A DNA stretch of 64,000 bases from Octopus vulgaris (GCA_951406725.2 OX597818.1:105586001-105650000), one strand, 5' to 3'. Positions 1 through 13,744 are shown, counted from the first letter of the stretch. The notes: a model not told the origin generated them from the letters alone. Program-made: numbers and translations.

Positions 1-1773
1 ATAGTACACCATGCTATACAAGCTTGTCTGATAAGTGAATTATCAGAGGCATGACACTTAGTCTTGTGTATATCAAATTATATATAAGTGTGTGTGTGTG
101 TGTGTATTTACTTACCTCCATATCAAATTATATATAAGTGTGTGTGTGTGTGTGTATTTACTTACCTCCTAACACTTGCATACCAAAGCTTACATATAAA
201 GGTATATGTTTTGTCCAGTGAGCAGAAATCTTTTCTTCAAATGACAAATATTTTCATATTTCCTCATAAAAATCTTGTTTTATGCCACAATGTTTAACTG
301 CAATGTGAAGTGAATAGCTAGAATGAATTGATAGTTTTTACAAGGAATGCATGCCAAGTTAAATCCAGAGGCCAAATCTTCAGTTGTGTTTTAGTATTAA
401 TAATATATGCATTAAAGTGTAGAGATAGTTGTGTAGTTAAGAAATTCACTTCCTAATCATGTGGTTTTTGGGTTCAATATCACTAAACTGCATCTTCAGT
501 AAATGTTTTTTACTTATAACCCTGGGCCAACCAAAGCCTTGTGAGTGATTTTGGGAAATGCCATTAGCAAAAGGCCAATTGTGTGTGTGTGTGCATACAT
601 AATTTCAAGGTATAAATACTGGAGGTTAGTTTAATGAACCATACCCCATGCCTATCATTCACATTTGAAAAATACCCTAGCTGTTATTTTATCATTTAAA
701 ACCCCTCCACACATTGAAAGTTTTATGTTACCCTTTAACTCCAGGTCAGGTCAGATCGAGCAGACCTGTGATTAAATTATCAAAGGTATTCCAGCCTATT
801 TTTTTGTATACTCATAATTTTTTTAAGGTGGTAGAGTAGGATTTGAGGAGATTTGGCTGCTGTTTCTAGTAGGTCTAGAGACCATGTAAAAATCTGTAAC
901 TATCTGCCAATAAACTCCTTAAGAATCCACATAAAAAGACAAAGAAAACAAAAAATGTTTTAAGCCTTAAAACTAAAACAGCAATTAGTGTTACTTATGA
1001 ATTTATAAAATTAAAATTTCATTATTTTTCTCACTACACACGTGGTTACACAGGTTCTTATGTACTTATAATTCACCCCAGGTCCCCCCACCAATGTTAG
1101 GGGGAAAGATTTGTGAAAATATTGTCTATGTTGAAGGAGTGGTTAAAAAAGCACACTGGGAGTAGAAGTCTGTGTACCCATCTAAAATACTGAGATTGAC
1201 ACAGAAATAAAGAATTGCATGATGGAAATAAAACTGAGAGACTCTGTGGTGTTTACATATCATCCAGGGGTTAAATTCAACCCCATGAGGTAAAGAATTT
1301 ATACAGTTGTGGAATAGATATATCATATGTAATCATATGTTGTTAATGCACTCTTCAAAGTTTGTTAAAATATATTTAAAACATCACATATCTTTTTATT
1401 AAGTGGTGTCATGCATATATTATGTAACATAAAGTAATGACAGAGTAGAGCTTAAGAGTGTGTGCTGAATTGTGTGAAGCTTGTTATATATACACTATTA
1501 TTTAGAGTATATTTTATCATGGAAGTAAGGGGATAAATGGTGAAATACATCAAGCTGAGTGGGTAAATGACAGACAGAGGAAAGGTTGAGAGTCACTGAT
1601 TTAGGCTATATCTGTGGATAGTGATGATGTTGGTGGTAGTGGCAGGATGGTGCTGATGAGTGATAATGATGATGATAGAGATGGTGATGGTGTGATAGTG
1701 GTGGTAGCAGTGATGGTGGTTTTGATGTGATGTGAATGGTAACAGTGCTTACAGAAGTAGTGACTGTTGTGAT

Positions 1774-4152
1774 CAGGAATTGTAAATAATTGATTGGAAA
1801 CTTTCCAATCAATTAATTTTAATTGGGATACAGGCCAATCAATTATTGCAATTAATTGTCAATTATTTTGCTGGACGTAAAAACACCATGTATTTTGGAG
1901 TGTTAGCTTCGATTTAGAAAAGTGCGAAAATGATAGGAAAATAAAAGGCACATGTTATAGTTTCGAAAAACTTTATCAGAAAATGTTTTAAGTTAATTTT
2001 ATTGATTTAGAATTGGAAACAAACAACATTTATACTCTACATTGTACAGAAATTGAAAAACAAATAAATTGAAAGTATTTAATTGGAAGAGTTTCTCAAA
2101 CAAGTAGCACAATTAAAATATTCTAATATAGCAAAAGGTCATGAACGGTTGGAGATTTCTGAAACTAGTTCTTCATCCCAGAAAGTGCGATTGACTTTTA
2201 GAAATAATTGCATTTCTAAATTCATTGGTGTAAAGTATTGCCGAAAGTCATTAAAAGCATAAGCTGCTGAGCTGAAGAAACATTTCAAGATGTTGGACAT
2301 TGATAACAAAAATCTACGGTTCAGATATTGCTGAGGTGAAATTTTATCTTTGTATTTTTTCAAACAAATTAAAGCAAAATCATTTTCTACAGGTAAATTA
2401 GACTGTTGTGACATGTCTGTCACCACTTTCAGCTGATGTAGAGGAGCTACTTCATCTACAGTTAGTTCTATTTCTGTATGTTGTTCTCCACTTTCAAAAT
2501 TTGGGCTGTGCCCAATGGGTGCCAATGGAAGCAAATATTTTTTAAACTCCTCATAAGGACACAGTGCAAGAATTTTGTCAAAAAGAATTCAAGCATCTCC
2601 CAAATCTATTTCTGTTCGTTGCAAGGCAACTTGTTACTGAGCGTAACTTTATTAAATTGTCTTTTAGAGTCTTCAGACTCTAAAAGACAATTTATCTGGA
2701 GTCAACAGATAATCAACCAGCTTTGGATAGCCTTGAAAAGAGTCTAAAAACAGCTTGAGTTGGATGTACCTCTCACTCATGTCATAAGTACTTGACCAAT
2801 GGGTTTTATTTCTTTGTATAGGTTGCAAAGGCATTTTTTCCCAAAGTTTACCCACAAGTTTTAATGATTTTAGCTTGCCCATCAACATATTAATTTTATC
2901 AAGCAGAACTTCCTGCTTGTCGAGATAAGCAGACACAGCTAGATTGAATTTATGAGTGGCACATCCAATCAATGTTATTCTACACAAATTCACTATAGAT
3001 TTGTTTGCTCCAGTATTATTTCTGGTAATAGCTACAATATTTTCTAAATTTTTTTTATAGACACTTAACGTATACTCTATAAATTTGACACAATCAGAAG
3101 CAGTGAATGATGTTTCACTTACCATTGATGAAAATGCCAGCAAAACAGTACAATAGGCATTTTGATAATTGCACGAATAAGATTCAAAAAGTCCAATGAA
3201 ATGTGTCGAACCCTTAGTCTAACCATCAATTACCAATGAAAATTTACTTGGAAGTTCATCAGATATTTTCTTTTCCACTTCTTGAGTAAGTTTCTCCATG
3301 TATTTCTTTAAGGTCACATTTGTCATACTTCCCAAGTTTGTGTACTTATGAGTCAGTAAGTCTTGGGTAAAGGAAGATTGTTTTAAACCAACACATACCC
3401 ACTCAATCCAACCATAGACTTTTAAGGCCAAGCAACTGACCAAACTACTTCTTGCGGAAAGAAAACTTGATAAAGATGGTTGTCCAGTTGCTTGTGTAGT
3501 AGAATACTCTGGATGCTGGTTTTTTTAATGATTCATAAGATTTGTCCATCCAGTTCCTTTTTTCAAGGTCAACTTTTTCCACACTTGCATTTCCGTACAT
3601 GTTTACTGCCTGTCTGTCTGGTTAAAATATTTTTGCATGATTTTTCGTTTTCATGCAGCATGGATTAGTTTAAAATAAAAGTTATTTCGCCACAGTTTAA
3701 AATAGAAGATATTTCAGCGCTCCACTGATGAAAGTCTGATTCAGTTAATATGTTGGAGTGGAATTCAAGATATAACCGTGTTGCAGGCAAAGTTATGATT
3801 TAATGACTTGAAGACAGAATGTGTGAATCATTCTCTGTAGTCAGAACCAAGAATCACTCAACAGCGATTATTTGACAACATACAGAATAATCAATTCCTA
3901 AGCATGACAGAATGTATGAATCATTCTCAGCAGTCAGAAAAAGCGTCAACACAGTACCTCAAATAATAACAGAACACTGTATTTGCCAACTGAATGTCAA
4001 ATGAAGTATGAGCCATTTGAAAAACTTTCACTGACAATGTTGCAATTAATTGATATGATTGCAATCAATTATTTAATTGGCAGTACAACCCCAATCAATT
4101 AATTGGACTAATATATTGCAATTAATTTTTCGTCAATTTTTTACAACCCCTG
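1774..4152 (-). mobile_element. Full-length decayed hAT-superfamily DNA transposon
   Basis: Perfect 8-bp TSD GTTGTGAT (1766-1773, 4153-4160); ~20-bp imperfect TIRs CAGGAATTGTAAATAATTGA vs CAGGGGTTGTAAAAAATTGA (reverse complement of right end); subterminal CAATCAATT/CAATTAATTG motifs at both ends; disrupted transposase inside. Confidence 0.92.
2139..3661 (-). pseudogene. hAT-type transposase pseudogene (BED-like finger, DDE domain) with stops and frameshifts
   Basis: Pieces read on minus: KCKCGK...GTGWTNLMNH (BED-like), FSLVIDG* (first catalytic D), LIGCATHKFNLAV (CxxH), NKTHWSST (TRWSS-like), MQLFLKVNRTFWD (dimerisation end). Covers ORFs 3219-3443, 2673-3143, 2139-2534. Confidence 0.88.
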
Positions 4153-4571
4153 GTTGTGATGGTAACTCTCATTACAGAGGTGTTTGTTGGATATGATGCT
4201 TGGTAGTTCTTATTAATATTTAGTTTTAAGTCAGAACAGCATATTAGTGAACTATTAGAATGGCTGACACAATGCCTAATTGTATATAGTTATGACCCAT
4301 TACATTCTGTGTTCAGATCCTGCTGAGGTCAACTTGGCTGTTTCATTTTCTGGATTTGATAAAATAAGCACCAGACAAGTCCACAAAAAAAATGATCAAA
4401 GATCCTTCCTGAGCCATAGACTCATAAGGCCAATTTTCCTGATTCTGTGGCACGTATATTCCCCACTGAACAGGACACCAGTCTGTCGTTGGATTACTTA
4501 TTTTTGCCAGCTGGGTGGTTTGAGCAACATGAAATCAAGTGTTGTGCTCCAGAACACAGTGCACCACCCAA

Positions 4572-5858
4572 TTCATAAGAGGATGGAGAAATAAAAGTAC
4601 CTTTGCACCACCATCACCACTGCCACAGCTTTTATTATTTATTTATCTCCACCTCATCAAATTACCTTTCTTTCAGTTCTCTTGGCCTTTTTTGCTGAAC
4701 TGGTTGTCAAGTGGTGGTGGGGAACAAACAGACATAAAGATGTACGTATGTATGGTACCTTGCCATATTCAAGAAGGCCCGTACTCCACAACAGAAGTGG
4801 TAAGACTGATCCTTTGAGTGGTGTAAAGTACTTGTGGAAGTGCTACATAAAAGTGCCCATGCAGTGCCATGCTCAAGCTCCCATGTGGTGCCACATAGAA
4901 GCACATAGCACACTCTGTAAAGTGATTGGCATTAGGAAGGACATTCAGCCATAGAAACCATGTCAAATCAGACTGGAGTCTAGTGCAGCTTGCCAGCTCT
5001 GGTCAAACCATCCAACCTATGCCAGCATTGACAAAGGACATTAAATGATGATGATATATATATGGGTATATGTATGTGTGTATATACACACACACACACA
5101 CATGCAACAGGCTTCTTTCAGTTTCTGCCTACTAAATCCACTCAAGGCTTTGGTTGACCCGAGGCTGTAGTAGAAGACACATGCATCCAAGGTGCCACAC
5201 AGTGAGATTGAACCGCATGTGTGTGTATACATATATTCAAATATCAATAATTCTGCAATATTCTTCTTGAACTATAATTCTTCCTGTACAATAATGTTAT
5301 CCAGATGTAAATAATCCATAAAGATTGTCTAAGTCTTGAATTTTGTTGTTTTTCTATGCCATAAGGGCATAATATTTAAAACAATGAGAATCATTAACAA
5401 CAGGAATTGTAGGGTTAAGAGGTGTCATACTAGATACCTATCTAATTCACAGAAGAATTTCTCAAGCATTATTTCTCCAAAATATGGAATGAGTTAGGGT
5501 AAAAATGTGCAATATCAGTTGGCTACTACTTTTAATTGAAAAAAGGCAAAAAGTATTAAAAGATATAATATCAAACATTACATTTCTGCATCTTATATTT
5601 GATGTTACATTAACAGATGTAAAGATTGTACTAAAAAAAAAAAAAAAAAGGGAAAAGAAAGGAACATCATTCCTCAGAATCAAAACTACGTTCTCATATC
5701 TAGAACATGGCAGCTTGATCTAAACTATAAGATAAGAAAATAAGCTCAGTTCATAAGAGGATGGAGAAATAAAAGTACCATTGCACCACCATCACCACTA
5801 CCACAGCTTCTATTATTTATTTATCTCCCCCTCATCAAATTACCTTTCTTTCAGTTCT
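4572..5858 (+). repeat. ~109-bp near-identical direct repeat (4572-4680 and 5750-5858)
   Basis: TTCATAAGAGGATGGAGAAATAAAAGTACC...CTCATCAAATTACC..TTTCAGTTCT occurs twice with only a few differences. Confidence 0.9.
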
Positions 5859-8545
5859 TCTATAACTGGAATGAGCTAAGGTGTAAGAACATTATTTTTG
5901 TGTTTTGATGGCATCATTTCAACATCATAATGATTGTATACAACAGATTTTTTTAAAGAACATCTTTGTATTGTATTCAAGTTACTACACAGCCTGATAA
6001 GTAATGGTAAAGATGATATACTTTCATGGCTTCTTAGTCAGGGTCACTGGATGTTGTTCATTTATCTCTAGGTCAAGTCAACCCTGATTGTACAGCAGAT
6101 CTATGTTCAAAAGTATTTCAGTAGTACCATCCTATCTTTCTACTGGTATATGGGACTTTATTACCCAATGTATCCTCTCTTTCTTTAAGACACGGTATGC
6201 TTTGAGGGAGACTTGGTTGTTATTCCTAGTTAGTGAGCAATTTATATAGTACTGTGTGTTATCTCCTTAACTGTTCAGTCTGATGATAATGTAGCTAACA
6301 TCTAATATTTTCCCTAATTACTATATTTAATATTACTGAATTTAGTTCTGATGTTGAAAACATTTGAAAGTAAATTCAATCCACCTTTTTTTTTTTTTAT
6401 CAACAAACTTAGGGTTTTAATCTTCTTGTCTTCAAACTTAGGTTGTCCGACAGTCTGTAACACAGTACAAAAGTGTGTGTCTCCCACTATGCCCCTGGTG
6501 TAATAGGAGATACAAATGTCTTCTATTATAACCTTTGGTTTATAATAGAAGACATTTGCTCATGCTGCCATGCAGTGTGACTGAACCTGAAATCAACTGA
6601 TTGAGAAGTGAGTTAGCTAACCACTATGCAGGAATATTTTTTGCATATTTCATTTTTATCTAAAAAAATATTTAAAAAACAAAGTCAGCAGTAGGTGTCT
6701 ATCAAAAATATAAGAAGAATTATTAAGTCTTGCAAGTTATCTGTTTACCTCATTAGTGTTGGTGGTACACACACACACAAGGACCTGTACACTTTGCAAA
6801 GTGATTAGCATTAGGAAGGGCGTCTTGTCATAGAAACAATGCCAACGATGACATCAGTGTTCAACACAGACTTGCAGCTCACTGGTTCCCTGTCAAACCA
6901 TCAAACCCATACCAGAATGGAAGCTCATATTAAATGATGATGAAAAATTAAGGCTTGATTAAGAAGTCTTTCTAATACAGGCACAAGGCCTGAAATTTTG
7001 AGGGAGGTGTATTTGATTGTATCAACCCTGATTATATCAAATTCCTCCCTCCATGCCCCAGTACTTGATTGGTACTTATTCTTATTGAACCTCAAAGGAT
7101 GAGGCAAAGCTGACCTTGGCAGTTTTTGAACACAGATCATAAGCTGGAATATATGCCACTAAACATTTTGTCTGGCTTGCTAACAGTTGTGCCAACAGTA
7201 GGCTTCATTAAAAATAACAGTTGTTTAGAATATTCTGTAGAGGTCTTAAGTTTCAGACTGAATGTCATTTGTGGTCATCAGCATTATAATTAACAACTTG
7301 CAAATCTTTTTTTGTTAAGATATTGGTTAAAAATGCTTCCAAGATTTCAGAAGCTTCTCACTGACATTTTAAAATATGCTTACAAATTATCAGTTGAATT
7401 CCAAGGTTACTGTGTTTGAATACACCATGACTTTTAATTTATAAGGAATTAGATAAGTTGGGAAGAGATTTATGAATTTTTTTTGTTTAGATCATTATTT
7501 ATAGTGTTCCAGGTTTATTTCATGTTTAATTCCTGTTTAAATTCTAAAAATTTTTCTTTGGTTACTTATTTTCGTGATTGTGTTAAATATTTTATTATAA
7601 CATTTGAATGTAAAGAATGTCAAATGAGGACTTTCTTAACATTCACATCTTGAGCAGATTCAAATCTATTTATAGCAGACATAATAACTAACCATTCTCT
7701 CATCTATGCCTGTCAGTTAAAGTATTTTCAGCTACAGTTTATTCTTCTGCTGCAAGTGCAATGACACAAATGTCAAAGAATTTATCATGTGCTTTGTTTC
7801 TGTGAAGTTAATTTAAGACCTTATCAAAGTTAGCCTGTAATATAAATTTGAGAAATGAATTTAGATTAGTTTTGTAATAAAGTTCTATGAAATTTTGATT
7901 GTCCAGAGTTTTGGATTTCTTTGCTCAATGCAAACTTGTTTAATTGCTTTATTTTTATCACTACTATACTTGAGTTGCTTTCATGTGATCAAGCAGATTT
8001 ATGATCAAAAGCATTCCACCTATGAACATCTTGTCTTTTACTCAGACATGATAGACTTAAGACTTCAACATCCAATTTATACTTTTCATGTATTGTAGGA
8101 TGTAATTTAAGACATATTTGGTTGTTATTTTTAGCAAAGGAAGTAAATTGGCAAAGCCATTAGTTTTTTGGGTAGAATGTCTTGCAGCATTTTTTTTCAG
8201 GTTTTCTGCATACTGGGTCCAAATCCAATTCAAATCAATATTACTTTCTATCCTTTTAGGGTCAGTAAAAAAGTACCAATACTTGGTAATAAATTGGTGA
8301 AACTGTTAGAGCATCAGATTAGATGCCTCACAGTAGCTGTTCTAGCCATTTGTATTCTGACAGAAATACATGCAATATATTTGGCATTAGAAAGAGCATA
8401 CAGCCATAGAAACCATGCCATAGAAAAGCTGTAGAGTCTTCTGGTTTGCAGTTCCTATCAAACTGTTCAACCCCTACCAACATGGAAAATGGATATTAGA
8501 TGATAACAATCATGAGACACTAGTGTCAAGTTGTATCAGTCTTAA

Positions 8546-8760
8546 TCCTTAAGCATTTGAACCATCTCTGGCTCAAATAGTCTACCTGTTTTATGTTCAA
8601 ACTGTTCAGATCCAGCCTCTCACACCTACCCTACAATGTCATTCTAAAAATAAACAATCTCATCATCAAAATTTTGAAGCTGCAAGATTATGGTTGATAA
8701 TTGAAAACAATGTGAATAGATAATCACTACATTTGGCAGAGTAATGTGACTGCTAATGGA
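8546..8760. mobile_element. Old piggyBac-type MITE (TTAA-flanked)
   Basis: TTAA-TCCTTAAGCA...TGCTAATGGA-TTAA; degenerate version of the CCCTTT...AAAGGG ends seen at 49536-49756. Confidence 0.55.
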
Positions 8761-9096
8761 TTAAAGTGTCAGCCTTTTCTTTGGACATCATCAACGTTAT
8801 GAGGAAGAGAAACTTGTGTGCATGGCTAACAGCCAGTCTGCTACACGAAAACTTTGCCTAGATTTCCATGTACAGGTGCAGATGCATAGTTAATCCTGAC
8901 TGACAGAGGCTTTAATTTTGATAATATAAAGCAGAGGTTTCTAAATTGTGCCATGACACATTACTTGTGTCACTGAAATCAAATCAAATCTCATCAGTTT
9001 TGTGAATATTTAATATCAGACAATTCTGAGTGCACTTAGTAACATGACTGTTGACAAGTGGTATGATATTTAATTGTTTTATTGTTGAAACACATA

Positions 9097-9975
9097 CTAG
9101 GTCTGATCAATAGGTATCCAGACTGTTGTCATAATAATGAAGCTAAATCACGCAGAGTAAAGCTGCTAGGCAAAGATTGACCTTGAAATCTGATGTGCAT
9201 GCACACTAAATTTAACTATCCAGCTCACTTCTGCTGTTCACAGCAGTGCTTGGAAGGAAGGTGTGTAGTGTGTGATCATTGCATTGACCATGACAGAGAA
9301 AGTTGTCATGGCGATACCTGCTCAGAGGCCAATGCTAAGTTGCAGAAAGTGTATGGAGAGGAGTGTATGAGCTGCACACAAGTGTATGAGTGGTTCAGAT
9401 GTTTCCAAGATGGCTGAAAAAATGTTGATACTGATGAACATTCTGGGAGACCAGCAGAACTGAGAAAAACATTGCAGATATGCATGAAGCTGTGAGGGGA
9501 AATCATCAAAATCACCATCTGTGAGTTATCAGAGGATGTGTAGATTAGTTACAGTTCAGTTCAGTCCATTATCACTGAAGATTTGGGTATGAGACATGTG
9601 TCTGCCAAGTTTGTGCCAAAACTACTTTCAGCTGACCAAAAAGACATTCGGATTTCAGTTGCACAAGATCTTGATTGTGTTGAGAACAATGAAAACTTTT
9701 TGAAAACTTTGCATAGGCCTGTGAGCAGATATTGCCAAGCTTTTATCAAAATTTGATGCAGATTCTCTGCTCAGCTTTCTCAGTCATGGTCAATGTGACA
9801 ATCACATGCTACACACCTTCCTTCCAAGCACTACTGTAAACAGTGGAAGTGAGGTAGAATGTTAAAACTTAGTGCACATCCACAGTAGATTTCAATCTGT
9901 GCCAAGCAGCTTCACTCTATGTGCTTCAGCTTCGTTACTATGACAACATTCCTGATACTTATTGATCAGACCATG
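9097..9975 (+). mobile_element. Non-autonomous mariner derivative with ~210-bp TIRs
   Basis: TA flanks; ends CTAGGTCTGATCAATA / TATTGATCAGACCATG; inverted similarity extends ~9097-9305 vs ~9772-9975; internal mariner HTH remnant KLQKVYGEECMSCTQVYEWFRCFQDG*KNVDTDEHSGRP and RHVSAKFVPKLLS. Confidence 0.88.
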
Positions 9976-12900
9976 TATGTTTAATTATGGTAGATGCTGA
10001 ACTGAATGTATCTTTATAGAGCATTCCATCTAATATTCAAGAATTTGTTCTTTTTACATCAGGCACATTTATCCCATTGAATTATTTATTTTAATGTACA
10101 TTTTAGACACAAGAATGGCTGTGTGGTTAAGTTTGCTTTAAAGTTTAGAGTTAATTTCTTGCACATAGCCCGTGTGCATTGTTAGGTAGAAACTATGGAA
10201 GCCTCTCTTGTGTGTGTGTGCATGGTGCATGTGCGTGTGTGTGTTTTTGTGTGTGCTTATGTCTTTCAATTTGTGTCTTGATAATGTCAGTATGCTTTAG
10301 CATAAAGCAATGGCACTATTTATGTGGAAGAGCCATTGTTTACACCAGCTGTAAAAACATGCCCATGTTATTGAGGGTTCATTATGTAAAAGACCTGGGG
10401 ATGTGTACCTTCGATGCAAGTAAGGAATAGTAACAGAAGGGGCATCTGGCTATAGAAAATGAATATTGCCCCAATAAAACTTGTCCAATCCATGCCAGCA
10501 TGGAAAATGTAGATGTAAAAATGAGGATGATGACAATGATGATGATTTATATTGTATATTTGACTTCACTAACAATATTCTCAGTTATATATGTTTGTTG
10601 GTGAGTTGGCAGAGATGTTAGGGAATTGGCTAGACTGCATTGTTGTATTTTTTCTGTCTATCTGCACTCTGAGTTCAAATCCTACAAAAGTCCAATTTGC
10701 CTTTCATCCTTTCTGGGTCAATAATAAAAAAATTAATTAATCAATTTATAATCTAGATTAGTGGTTTAGCAGAACTGTTTGAGTTGCAGATAGGATGCTA
10801 TGTAGGATCTGTTGTATCCCATTGTGTTCTCACAGTAACTTCTGGTTACTGGTGCCAAATTCTTGTACTGGTTCTTGTCTTGTCTTTGTCTTTCTCTCAG
10901 ATAATGTCAGCGATGCGGAGAGATTAGACTTGTATGTATAGGCAACGGCTGGTCTTTCATAAAATAAACTTTGCTCTCTTAGTTAATCCTGACTGACTGA
11001 AGTTATGCTAGTCTTGTTATAATTTAAAAACAAAGACAAGGAGCAGAGGTGAAAGGTAAAGTTTACTTTGGTGTGATCTGAACTCAGAATCTAAAGACTC
11101 AGAATGAGCAAATAATACAATGCATTTTCTCCAATACTCTAATGATTTTCTAATCCACTATCCTATCCTCATATGTCCTATTTTTCATGGATCGAACAGA
11201 GTTTATTTGAGACAAATTTTCTACAACCAGATGCCTTTCTTGTCATTTAACCTCACCTGTTTCCAAGCAAGGTAATATTTCCTCATTGCCAGACATGTTC
11301 TTGCAGAATACTGGAAATGAATGACACTGCTTCTATAATAGTGACACACATTTACAACTATCATGCAATGTCAAGACAAGGGGAGAGAGAGACACACACA
11401 CACACACCCATGCACAATAGGCTTCTTTCAATTTCTGTCTACCAAATCTGCTCACAAGGCTTTAGTCAGTCTGAGATTATAGTAGAAGACACTTGTTTAA
11501 GGTAACATGTAGTGGGAATGAACCTGAGACCATGTTTTTGGGAAGCAAACTTCTTGCCATACAGTCACACCAGTGTCTTTGTATATAATAACTTTAATAT
11601 ATTCTTGATGTGAAGAACATTCAGTAAACTATTCCAATAACAATCTCTTGCTAAATGTTAATTTCAGTCTCAAGGATTAATAATTCCTATATTTGATCAA
11701 TAATCAGAGATAAATCTGGTCGAACTCTGGATCTTATAATGCTTCTTTGCATAAAACTGCACACACCACTTCCTTATTTAGAATCACTGCATAATCTAAA
11801 TTCAGAACAAGAGCAATACTGTAACATACAGTGAGGAATTCGTGTATTTTGTGTGTTTCAATTATCTCTATACAGTTTAATACAAATATATTTTGACTAA
11901 TTTCATTTAACAAATTAATTTTATTTGCTAATAGGTTTCCTTGTCTTCACATTGTGCGATAGTCATAAACGAGTATCATTGTCATACAAGCCTTGTCGTT
12001 CATTTCCGACATATCTGGTGATGGGGGAAATATTACCTTGCCAGACATAGCATATAAGCTCAGGCGTGGGCTGTGTGGTTCAGATGTTTGCTATGGAACC
12101 ACTTGCCCAAAGTACTGTGCATTGGGTTCATTCTCCATTGCACAAGTCCTTCAGCAAGTGTCTTCCATTATAGCTCTGAGCAACCAATGTCTATCTGTTT
12201 ATCTATCTACCCATCTACCTGGTTGTATGCCAATATATACATATATACATGACAGGCTTCATATAATTTCCATTCATCTGATTCCTCCCCAAAACATTGG
12301 TTAGCCTTGGTTTACAGTAGAAGATACTTGCCCAAGATACCACACAGCGACATTGAAAATAAAACCACATAATTGTGAAGTGTATTTCTTAACCACACAA
12401 CCATGTCTGCACCCATATTAATGGTTCTCTTCTAATTTTATGATTTTTATGTGCCTAAATCTAATATAACAAATCAAACTTTAATTAATAATTAACTGGT
12501 TCATCTTAAGCTTTGGCACATTTGTTTTATCTCATATGCATTTGAATATTAATAGCACAGTTGAATTGATCTACAAAATTTTTAGTAGGTATTTGGCTAG
12601 ATGTTGACTCTTGTATATGGTTATATATGTATATGTATACACATACACCATATAAAGGAGATGGTTTACAGCTTGTCCGCAGTATCTGTACATATTACAC
12701 ATTTGATTTGCTTATCTTCACAGGTACCACAGAATCTGTGTATGGTAGGCATTTTGATAATCAATCCATGCCTTATGTTTTTTTCTTTTCTGTTGTCTTC
12801 AGTAACTACAGAGTTTCCTAATAACTATACTTTAAATCCATACATCCCCTTACAACACCCTTTCTGCCCTATGATAAGATATTATCTTGCAGATGAAGGA

Positions 12901-13180
12901 TTCCTCAGCTTTAGAGTATTGAATGTCGGTGTTTTATTTATATATATTGTTGGTAAGCAAGTTATCACTAGAGCAGTGATTGGACTGGCAGAATCTTTAA
13001 AACATCAGACAAAGGGCCTTACAGTTTTAGTTCTGGGCCTTTATGTTCTGACTTCAAATCCTGTTGAGGTCACCTTGCCTTTCATTCTTTTTGAGATCAA
13101 TAAAATAAAGAACAAATCAATTACCAGAGTAGGGTGGTGATTCACAAAATTGTTATAGCATCGAACAAAGTATTTTGCAG

Positions 13181-13744
13181 TATTTATCCCCCACTTAGAT
13201 GTGGATGTTCTTTTAGAAGAAACTATACTGCGGTAGATGATATGACAAAAACTCTCATATTGGCTTTTGGCACAAAATGCACTCTTGTTTATATTGCTTG
13301 CAGGGAAATAAATCACTGCAATCTCCAATTCTGAGACCACCAAATCACATAATTTCAACCTTCCTTGGTTTTGTCAATGGTGAGCACTTATGCTCCAGAT
13401 ATAGCAGCATCTCATCTTCCCACCAGCAATATATAGAAAAACAGTGCCAGAGCAGGTGCTGGTATTGTGATTAGCCAGTCAGCATGTTAAAAAGATATAT
13501 ACTAGTGATAGAGACAGTAGTATTAATACTGAGAGGTAATATTTATCCCCACTTAAACATGGCTATTCTGTTAGAACAAACTACATTACCATAGATACCA
13601 TGAGAGGAACTCTCATATTGACTTTTGGTACTAAATGCACTCTTGTTTATATCACTAATTGGGAGATAAATCCCTGCCACTTCCAGTGTCAAGCCCAAAT
13701 CACATGATTTCGACCTTCCTTGGTCTTGTCAATGATGGACACTT
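13181..13744 (-). repeat. Diverged tandem direct repeat (~205-bp shared segment, 355-bp period), each copy with a hammerhead-like motif
   Basis: 13181-13389 aligns with 13540-13744 (shared ATTTATCCCC, ACTCTCATATTG, AAATGCACTCTTGTTTATAT, CCAAATCACAT, ACCTTCCTTGGT). Confidence 0.85.
13338..13382 (-). ncRNA. Type I hammerhead ribozyme motif, decayed core (copy 1; copy 2 at ~13693-13738)
   Basis: Minus strand CACCA-TTGACAA-AACC-aaggaa-GGTT-GAAA-TTATGTGA-TT-TGGTG: stem I CACCA/TGGTG, stem II AACC/GGTT (GACC/GGTC in copy 2), near-palindromic stem III. Core TTGACAA deviates from CUGANGA. Confidence 0.65.

Noticed and set aside
71-169. ~50-bp tandem duplication containing (TG)n
   Set aside because: Trivial slippage duplication or assembly artefact.
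7243-7285. Minus-strand CTGATGA...GAAACTTAAG
   Set aside because: No convincing stem I or II and no UH cleavage triplet; probably chance or too decayed to call.
12601-13140. Longest ORF in the track (179 aa)
   Set aside because: No recognisable domain; it runs through microsatellite and SINE sequence.
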